This document shows, piece after piece, positions 53,588 to 64,000 of a DNA stretch of 64,000 nt. The translations under genes and the position numbers were made by a program. Below the pieces are notes generated by a model, which was not told where the DNA came from, did no database searches, and saw only the letters and a list, made by a program, of their open reading frames with translations. Source of the DNA: Antedon mediterranea (Eukaryota > Animalia > Echinodermata); NCBI RefSeq assembly GCF_964355755.1, contig NC_092680.1, positions 19,849,045 to 19,913,044 on the forward strand. Reading direction: 5' to 3'. Positions within the stretch are counted from its first letter, which is position 1. The number at the start of each line of letters is the position of its first letter.

Positions 53588-56488
53588 TTAATACTATTTA
53601 TAGGTCTATCTATCATATAATAAGCGTTATTTTATGACTGTCAATTAAAACATTTATTGATTTCCTGAACTAGATTTCGGAATTAATTTGGCCATTTTAA
53701 GTGACAAAATGGTTGTAAATACGAGAAACTATCCAGTCTATTCTGAAACAATCGTGTTGTTTAGTACTATTTACAGTGAATTGTTTCAGCCATATATAAT
53801 TAGGCAAACAGTTTATTGACTTAATTAAAAGTGACTATAGTATTACTTTTTGGGATCGTCTCTTGTCGTCTAAATACCATTATAGAATGTTTCAAATGTT
53901 TGGTTTATAGAGACTATGCTACAAGATGTATGTAAACTGTATAGTATAATTTTTTAAGTGAAATATGTGACCGAATATATAGTACACTCCATTTGTTTAA
54001 CAAATAGTCTGTTATTAAATTATTCTTAATACCCTGTCTCTGTCACAAAAAAGTCCGTTATTAAATTATCCCTAACACCCTGTCTCTTTCGGGTTCTGAT
54101 TGATCATACATTAGCGCATTTTAGTTGTCAGTACTCATCCAATTTGTGGTATAGAGTTACTTTTTATTCTCATAATTTGTCTACAGGATAACTTATTATT
54201 AGAGAGTCCCATTTAAATTATGGTGAAATGAATCGCAGGCAGTTTGACTCCAAGATACATTCATTACAAATAGCATGTGACCACTTTGATATCACTGGAA
54301 AGCGCCACCAACGGTTAACAAAGCACGCCCTCTATAACATGAAATCATTGCAACTTCACGCCATGCCATTAAAAAAAAAATTAAACATATTTATATAGGA
54401 TAAAAACATACCAGGTATAGATATTGCACAATTTAAGTTTAAGATTAAATTAAATGCACATTTTTGGATATAAAAGAATGTGTTTCATAACCAATAAAGA
54501 ATATTCAAATTTGAATCAAATTGGCCTACTCATTATGCTGCACAGTATGGTATTCCAACTGTTGTTCAAAAAAGTTTCAAAATAACTGCCGTGGATATGT
54601 TGCCGATCAATAATTACCTATTATGATAGCCATTCATTTTTCAGAACTAATACATTTATCAGGTTGAAGAGTCCAAGCAATTTATAAGCGTTACTTATTA
54701 AATCGTAATTTGCGTTTGAGTGATTCACACAAGTAGGGATACAAGCCGTACAAACTTAATTACGACTGACTGATTATTGAACATGACATCGGGTCACAAT
54801 ATTGTATGACAGTTATAAACTGATGTTAATACGTCATATTGTTACAGACATTGTGCATTACATATACAATAGTAATATTAAGTAGGCCTATTTTATTATA
54901 TTTCATGTCAGGGCGTCTAAACTTTATCATGGTCATAACATACAGAGGTCATATGGAGTGTTAGAAATGTCAAATATCATAGTAACAAATATTGTATTAT
55001 TTAGTTACTTCAGATATTTCATGCCTTCACCAGATTATAATATTGATCATCTATGATGATAAGATAGATCGAAACATCGAATTCTTATTATAAATTGTGT
55101 TAATCTGTATCTATTTACCCTTGCTTGTCATACTGAATATTTTGCAGATAAAATAATTTTATATATTTCTTATATGTCTTGAATAATGTGTTAAACAATA
55201 TTTCAGCTTGAAATTATTATACCAAAAGGAAACATATTTGTGACATAATATATGCATATACTCCACAGCCATGCTTAACATATTATTTTGTTGTTGCTAT
55301 CCATAACAAAAAATTAACCTTGGAACATGTTTGTTCATATTGATTGTCAGGCTGGAACGCACAAATTATATTGGTCATTTAGATAAACAGAATCAAGAGT
55401 TGCATTGTTTTCAGACCTGGTTTTTCTTTCACACTGTACGAGTTTTGATTAAAAATTAGTATTCTATTGTGGTTATGTATTAAATGTGAAGTACCGTAGA
55501 CGAAGGAGACTTTATACAATATATAAACTATTTTTTCTCTTCCTCTGGAACTCAGCTTGCTAATAAACTGTGGCACAATCAATTGTTATACAATAAAAAT
55601 CATTCAGAGAAAACGTAATTTAGCATAGGCCTACGACTCTCACAAAATGAGCATTAGATATAACCAAATAATTAATGATTTCACATTTGTTATGTACTAC
55701 CATTGTATGACCATGTGCATTACCATCATCAGCATAATTGAGACAGACCATTCAATACATGTTATAATAACTAATAGAAATACTAGACATATTTACTGAA
55801 ATAATAACTGCAAGGGTGGCATAATCATAATTAAAATACAACCATTTTAAAGCCTCAGATTCCTCAGCGATGAAGGTTATGCTCTATAAAATATTATGAA
55901 GAGACACCTGGTGAAAATGGACAGTTAGGTAAAACAGCCATCAAGGTAAAGTAAAACACCTGTCTAAAGTACACATAGGTATAGGAATACACTTGTAATA
56001 CTGAGTGAGTTTGAAAGAAGATAAAACCCCCCAGTGTGCCGTTACTGATAATGGTAAACGCAAACGTAGGATATTGCCCCGTCTTTTTCATTTGCATGTA
56101 CAACATTCCACAAAAACATATGTTTCAAACAACCAGGTAAGCTTAAGATTAAAAAAAAAATTTCCTTCAAAACATGTAATGACGTGTCCAGACAGAAATG
56201 TCAACTTCAACCCAAATGCTTTATAATTTGTAGAAAACATCAAACAAATAAAAGAAATGCTATGGAAAAGATACTTAATAATAAGTATCTTGAAGATTTG
56301 TTTTTGTTAGGAGTAGGTTCTGAGATCCAAATACCACACTCCAATACCAATTTAAAACTTAAATAAGAGAAAATACAAAATTATTATCTAACAGACTTTG
56401 GAGAAAATTCGAAAGAAAGTACTACAGAATGTGAGTGTCTGAAGCTAGTTTAGAAACTCTAAAATCTACTCTGATGAAAATATGGAAG

Positions 56489-56535
56489 TACACGAATACA
56501 CGAATACACGAATACACGAATACACGAATACACGA
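56489..56535. repeat. Microsatellite (TACACGAA)n, ~6 units
   Basis: Direct reading of the perfect 8-mer array. Confidence 0.9.
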
Positions 56536-59500
56536 CAATAATAAACAACAATACAATGCCGGGACTACGAAGCAATGTATATGTAAAACTAAACGGACTG
56601 AGTGTATTGAATATATATTGTTAAAAGGGATACTTTTCAATGTAGAATATTAGCATCTACCATCAAACGACGCCGCTAATTCAATTTCAACTATTTCACA
56701 AGAACATTCTAAACATAAGTGACAACCGTTGACTGATTTGGAATTTCTAATTCTGTTCACATACATTTAAGATATATTTTGTGTTTTTCGATGACGTTCT
56801 TTGAAAATTGTTATTTAGTTTTCATCAAATTAACAGTATTAAAGACGTTGAGGTGTTTGAAGAATTCACGAAAATATTGAATTCTGTCTTTAAAGTTTAT
56901 AGTTGATAACGAGGCTACACTTGATGACAAATCAAATGATAAAAACTCACGTAGGCCTCTACATAATTTTAAAAATTAATATGGACTTAAATTCTAATTT
57001 GGGATCATTTTTCACATTCTAAACCCCTTTCCATCACGGATAGGAAGAAAGTATTTCTGTATATCTTCTCATGTATGTATTATGTATATTGCAACCCTGT
57101 CAACAAATGTTCACATCGTAAATAATAACCCAACCGATGTTTTACATATATTTAGGAAAAGAAAATTTAACCGATTCAAACCTCGTAGATCAGTGATGAC
57201 CACAAGATTGTTTAAATAAAGGCACAGAGAAGACAGCCCGGGTTACAGCTTGAGAAAGAATCGATTTTTTGGGGACCACTAATGTAAAGAAAAGTTGCCT
57301 GAACTGATTTATTTTTGGACCACAAATGTGAAGAAATGTTGCCCAAATGTAGGTCTACACGGAATACCTCTTAACATAACGAAAAGTGAGAAAAAAATAC
57401 TTGAACTCATATTCGTAGATGCCATTGATTACCTTATTAATTATCTTATTATTGGTTACTTGATTGTATATTACTTTATTATTGGTTATTATTTGTTATT
57501 TTAGTCAAGGATTATAATTCCAAACGATTGATAGAATCTTAATCTTTTGTTTTGGGCACTTGCTAAGGAAAGCTTTGTAACCTAGAAACAAATCACATCG
57601 GGATGTTATTATAATGGAAACATTGATAGCGAAAATTAGATGATACAAAATAGGAATTAACTACATGTTTTATAACCTTTTACTAAAATAACACTGAAAC
57701 GTTACAATACGAAGATTGCAGTTAATTCCGCGCCTTGAAAGGGCAAATTCAGCGTGCAATGATCCGTAAACTACTAAAAGAAAACCACCACTATGGGAAC
57801 TATTTAGAATCAAGCGTAACAAAAAGTAGTGGTTAAAGGGTTTAAGTATGATTAACCAACGATAAAATATGTGTACACAGAGAGGGAACACTCGGGTTGT
57901 CTTGGATGGAATGCCTCTCAAGGGTGACATGTAGATGCAGGATTTCAATGATCTTATGTCGCTTTAATGTAAAAATATGCAAATAATCTCTAGCCAACCG
58001 TTAATGTGCGGAGAATGGATAAAATATAAAACGTATACATAGATGTACAGTGGGGTGTCTTCAACCTGAATATACAATGTCATCTGGTCTATTTATTCAG
58101 CTTCAAATTCAGCTTATATACGTGTAAATACTAAATGAATTGGCTTACAAAACCAACAATTGATAAGCTTTCATACATAATGTGAAACAAATAATAATTT
58201 GGTAGTAATAATATAAATGTCAAAATTTAGTACGGTACCGTAAACATTAAAACAAGTAAACATTTATTTCGTCTGTTCATCAGAACAGACATTTTTACAT
58301 AACACATAGGTTTACATAAAAAAATATAATTATTAACATAACATATGTTTTTACATACCACATACTATTTTTACATAACAAAATGTAACAGTTTTAAGGA
58401 ATACAGAATACAACTATATTTTACAACATGATTATAATCAAATACAAACCAAACAAACCGTTAAATTAAAAAAATTATTTATGTATTTATTTTTTATTAA
58501 TATGGATTTGTAATGTTAACTAACATAAAAATTTGTTGTTGTTAAGATGATAGTTTTTGTTATTGTTAGACGAAGATGCTACATTATTATGTAGCATTTT
58601 CGAATAAATAAGGAAAACATTTCGTTTTAAAAGTATGTTTGAAATGCTTGAGAACGTAGACAATTTCCGTAAAATCTAAAATTACAATCTAAATCAGTAG
58701 AGAAATTATCCTCTTCCTATTCAGTAAGAAAATGAGTTTGCTAGGCTTAATTATATTACATTATACAATAACATTGTTACATTACTGGTGATTATATTAA
58801 TGTCATAGATCGACGATTATACAAGAAAAGACCAGGTCAGAAATTAATAGACCTATTCCCATAATCAAAATCTTTTCTAACTATATTACTGAAACTACAA
58901 CCTTTCTATTTCTCTATATTTCTCTCCTTTTAATTTGCGTTTAAAATTGGCTCATTCTTTATATTTTTATTATTTAATTTCTTTTTGTTTCTTAAATTAA
59001 TTTATTATACAAGTTATCTTGTGTTAGAAATGATCATTAGCATAATTAAGTAACTGAAGTGTATTGTTTAACTAAGACAATGTTGGTCTTTCTCCTAATA
59101 GCATTTATACCCTCATTAGAAAAATGCGTTCTATCACTCCATGAACTAAAATCACGACGTCACTATAAGTAAACTCATCGTGTTCAATAATTTGCAATAT
59201 TATATCATACGACGTACTAACAATGTGTGCTCACCAATCTCGACATAAATAGATATTGATCCACTATTATTTATTTTGGGGCATACGAGTAAGCCAGCTG
59301 TATCTTGAACGCGTTACGTTTGTGTTGCATAAATCTACAAAGTATAACACAATTATTAAGCGTATAATAACTGACGTGGATGTTTTTTTTACATATGAAA
59401 CTAATTTGTATGAACAAATCTTCTGAACATTGTTCAGAAATGTATATTTATTAAGTATCTACTTAATTATATTGTTACTATAATTAAGTTTTAATTTATT

Positions 59501-62500
59501 GCTCCAACAACCGTTTTAAATTTCTTGTATTTTGGCAAAATGCTCAAAACATTTTCAAAGAATATTTCCTGCTCTGTATATATTGTATATTTGTTTGCAC
59601 GATGACATCCTAGATATATACCAAAAGACAATGCCTATAGATTTTAAAATATTTTTTTTTATCACAAAATCTTTTTTAAATCTCGAGTTATCTGTATCTT
59701 TAACACAGGCCAAAATATTAGATAGCACGCCCTCTGTAGCTTTATGAATTTTGAAAGATATTTTGTTCAGTCTCTTTGAGCGCTTAGTTTATTTATTTGG
59801 GTATAAAACAAAATACAGCTAAAGGCTAACCGTAATGCATTACAAAAATATAAATGCGTGTAATTCATACGTCATAATATCGATTCGGCCTATGTACGTC
59901 GACACGGCTATGGTTTTACTGTTTTATTAACGTTAAATTTGAAACAGAAAAAAAAATGTTCATGGTTGGTCTATCAGAATGTTAAAAACGTAACGTGTAA
60001 AATATTTCATATTGAATCGAATTTGAGCAGACAAATAGATCGCGAAGTAAACGGGAGGAAAATGTCTTTTTCGTAATTTGATTCAAACTGACCAAGTTAA
60101 AAAAAATATCAATCAACCAAAGACACAAGAAAATGATTGATACGTTTGTTCTTTTTATTGTGGCTCCTATTAAGAACTCACGTACATTGATTCTGGACAA
60201 TATTTTAGTATAATAATGTTTGTAAAAAGCATAATAAATCATTTTGAAACAGGCTGGAATGTGGCTTGTACATTTTATGTGCTACTTTTCTCCCCAAAAC
60301 ATTGTGATTTATTTATAAACTGCATACTATAGCAGTGATTACATTAAGATCGGTTGAGGAATGGTGTAGCCGACTTCTATAACAGTCCACCTTTTCACGG
60401 GGAAGACTATTGGCTCTTCAGTCAAAAGTGTGTTCTAGTTATGAGCAAAAATGAAACAAAAATAATTAACAGAGTCAAAGAAGCAGATAAATGATGGGGT
60501 GTATGTATCCACAAAAAGTACAGCTTATAATGGACAAACAATCCAGACAATTGGAGTGTAAAAAAATGGGCAAATTGTTGACACAGTAAACACCCTGAGC
60601 GCGCACCGGTCAAGATTATTTGTCGCATCTTAATAAAAAATGGAGCATATCAATGGTTTTACTTTGTAGTTCATTAGATAATATGCCGTTGCTAATGACA
60701 GGTATCGTCACCCGACATCAAACTTTTTTGTAATCACAAAATCATCATTTAATAAATGGTATGAAACAATATTTTTAAACAGATTTATTGGAAAAAATTT
60801 AGAAAGATTAAGTAAGTAATTCTGTGTTTTTTTAAACTAAATAAAATATACATATATTAACATTTAAAAAAAGTTAGAATTTTGTTCCAAATAGATCTCG
60901 AAAAATAATTAATCTACTAAAATATCCTGCTGTTTATGTATGCTTTATTTAAAAAATAAATAATGCCATATTTTTTATAATTCTGACCGAAATTGGTTTT
61001 CTCCTCAGAAAAAAATATAATTATGATTTGATTTATTATTAAAGCAAAAAGGAAAAATGATAATTTGCCAGGATAAAACATGTATTGCTGCAGTTGATTG
61101 GAAGATGAATTGTGGTGTCCCTTAGGAATCACTCAATTGATGAAGAAAACCGATCCATCACAAAAAAAAAAGAAATGTAAATATTATAAATTGGAAATAA
61201 AGGTAGCCGATCTCAGTAATGTATAAAAATGTGCATCAATAAGACCATTGCCTAACATTTCTTAACCCAATATTTCATGATACAGGCATCACATGTGATA
61301 CACATTAGATACTGTATTATGGAATGTGCCTATGATACTGGACGAATAGTGTTTATATGTGAATATATAGAACTAAGAATCGGGTGGATAAAATCGTTCA
61401 ACCGTTTTCGCCCAATGTGTATCACTGGGTATGCTATGTGTCCCTTAACTCAGAATTCAATTCAATCAAAACAATACAGATTAGCATACGCGTGCGTTGT
61501 CTTGGCTGTGACGTTTTTATCACTAGCTATTAAATCTGTCATCTTCACATCAGGTGCTTATCTATTTTATAATTACATGACCCGTATTGGCAAAATAATA
61601 ATCGAAATTACCCAAATCAGCAATTTTAATATTTAAGTCTAATATTACAATATCAGTAATAATTATAATATTATGATAAAATAATAATAGTATATGAATG
61701 ACAGTGTAACGCCGTGATTATTATTGTATTAATGCAATAATACGGTATGGCTGTAAATATTAATAATACCAAAAAAGTGTAACAAAGTCAAAACAATTCA
61801 AAAGCTATTTTTTTATTAATTTTGATAAAAATCGTAAAATGTTAATTTATATAAGTATCATAAGAATGATAATAGTATATTATTCATATTCATTAACATT
61901 ATTATCATGATTAAATAATGTTTGATTATACACAAAGCATATTGATGAACACTGATTATTCAAGAAAATTACATTCGCACTGGTGGGTTGTTATGATTGC
62001 GATATTCGGACACATGGGCTTTATGTTATGTTCACTAATTTGATAACGATATTATTATGAGATACATTTAGCAGGTGTCATGAGATGGATCTAAATTCGC
62101 TTAACTAATTATGGAAATTTAATAAAGCATGAAAATTAAAATAATGAAAGTATATATGGGGTAAATAAATTGCACAGCTGTGAGGACCAAAGCTAAGATT
62201 TGTCAATGTTGGTAGGCCTATAATAATAGAGTTCTGACGATTTACAGAAAACGTTATATAAAGGCTGGTGACAGACGGATTCTTTGCTCAAAGGCATTGC
62301 AATTGATTAAATCACAGAATATTCAATTAATTTACAGCTTAATGAATTAGGCCCAGTCGGCCATGATTGATCGACTTGTATTCACGTTGTGTTAAACAAT
62401 CATACACCACAAAGTGTCAATTAGATTGTACAAACACAAATTCCTTTTATATATTTTTAAAATTCAAATTAATTAACGTTAATTATTTGTAAAATGTTGA

Positions 62501-62541
62501 CGGAACGAAGATTATTAAAATACGAATGTTCGATGACTTAC

Positions 62542-63060
62542 CTGTATGAAATAGAACGAATTTACGAATACATTCCTTAGAGATGGGTACACTTGTATGT
62601 AAATCAATGTATTTATCACAATTGAGAAATTAAAAATGAGAAGGAAAATCTCTAAAATACGTCACAATAAATCACCTCTACAGATTTACTTCCAAGTTAA
62701 ATTTTCTTCTGTTATAAAACAATTTTTTTCGTCTTCAATTGATCGAAAAAGTTTAATAACCTTCAGAAAAATGTCCTGTGACTAGATATCCAGTGAGAAC
62801 TACTTAACTAGCCCCTTCAAGCATGTCTATACAGCAGCTGGGTCGGGCCGACAATAGTGAACGTGCGTAGCCTACACAGCATGAACGGGTTTACGCCACA
62901 ATCGCATTGGACTTGTAATCGGGTCTCAGACCGATGGCGCATGCCGAGAGCGAGAGAGCTGCAAACGATTGGACGAGACTATTTCTTTTGCAGGTTGGTT
63001 CATTTCTACAATAATCAAAATGGAGCAAATGCTCCCCTCCCCTCCCCCCACACCCCAAGA
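62542..63060 (-). promoter_or_regulatory. Candidate distal promoter and non-coding first exon, possibly of the 35.8-40.9 kb nAChR gene
   Basis: Strong donor CAG|gtaagt at 62541. GC/CpG-rich island ~62830-63060 with GGCGCATGCC, ATTGG boxes and a C-rich Sp-like tract. No credible coding frame. Confidence 0.4.
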
Positions 63061-63267
63061 AACAAAACAACAACAAACAAAATGTGTTAATAACTAGGTA
63101 TATTTATCGCACAAATGAGTGTCCCGGAAAAAATAATGTAAATGTGCATTCATTATAGAGAATATTATTAACGCACTTAACATGTACTATTTCTAACCTT
63201 CATATAATAGAAGTTTCTTTTACTTTCAGAACGTGTCCAATGCGAAAAAAATGTTGTATCGAAGTAT

Positions 63268-63375
63268 GAGCATTCACTTGTTCCGTTTCAGAGAACGGAA
63301 GCCGACATTTGGTAATGGAAATTCATAGAATGCCGTTTTCTGTTCCGTGAAACGGAGGAAGGGTGAATGTGGTCA
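63268..63375. mobile_element. Small degenerate MITE-like fold-back
   Basis: CATTCAC..TCCGTTTCA at left is inverted as TGAAACGGA..GTGAATG at right. Confidence 0.45.
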
Positions 63376-63689
63376 CCAGATACAGGATTGTGAGGTTATT
63401 AATAAATTAATATCATTCTAAACGATATATTTTGGACATCTTGATTTGATTTATTCAATTTCGGCATAACAATTTTGGACAAACCCACAAAAAATATAAA
63501 ACAGAATGTTATGGATTGCCAAAAGTGAGCATATTGCTATACAATTCACAAGACTTTCTTTTAACAAAAATACATAATTTTAAATATATTAAAGACAATT
63601 TAAAATTAAAATTATAGAAAGATCAAAAAGTATCAGAAATGTAAACATTCCTTCTGCATGGTTTGTTTACTTAGTGATATTCTAGGGTT

Positions 63690-64000
63690 GTACACGAAAC
63701 AATGATGAGAAATGTATGGTATTATTTACTTATTGATTACCTAATCATCTTTTTTAAATCTCACGGAAGGAGTGGGGATTTATTGATGAGGAGAAGCAAA
63801 TAGCTAGAAGGATTTATAGCGGAGCAGAGAAAGCAATGGACGATGATAATTCAACATTGTGGTAGAGGGAAGATATGATGGGAAAACAAGAAGAAGGAAA
63901 ATGATTGCTTATTTGGCAGAAAGATTAAAATAAATAAAATACATTTTCCCAACTAATTATGGAGGAATGGAGACTGTTATAAACCTGCCAAATGGCAGAT
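63690..64000 (+). mobile_element. Degenerate RTE-clade LINE 3' fragment
   Basis: Remnant peptides IVVEGRYDGKTRRRK (compare RTE C-terminal LEGKIEGKRRRGR) and EEWR, with many stops. Confidence 0.45.

Noticed and set aside
55850-56135. Plus-strand exon-like segments with GT donors
   Set aside because: Stops in all three frames of the first segment and no recognisable protein; an antisense lncRNA cannot be supported from sequence alone.
21228-57345. Short local duplications (21228/21335, 42685/42782, 52513/52542, 54007/54053, 57263/57307)
   Set aside because: Ordinary two-copy slippage or repair duplications with no shared structure.

Overview
AT-rich eukaryotic (invertebrate, deuterostome-like by inference) genomic window with two spliced nicotinic acetylcholine receptor (Cys-loop) genes in head-to-tail tandem on the minus strand. 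(1) A complete 6-coding-exon neuronal-type alpha subunit (40872->35845, 492 aa, vicinal YPCC, GEK cation motif). (2) The 5' part of an alpha7-like subunit (exons at 17420, 14332, 9264, 2429) that runs off the left edge and appears to have two alternative signal-peptide exons. The rest is intronic or intergenic and holds many transposon relics: HINE/DINE-1-like Helentron elements, a young ~179 bp MITE family, Kolobok-type TTAA elements, a 5'-truncated Tx1/L1 retrotransposon with an intact 16 bp TSD, LINE tails, a tRNA-derived SINE and minisatellites. The most unusual signal is at least 34 copies of the palindrome TAGGCCTA plus related TA-N3..5-TA words. A minisatellite in the window shows GGCCTA (and CAGTA) as clean extra bases at a TA, consistent with very large numbers of DNA-transposon excision footprints. 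All counts were made by eye; no searches were run.
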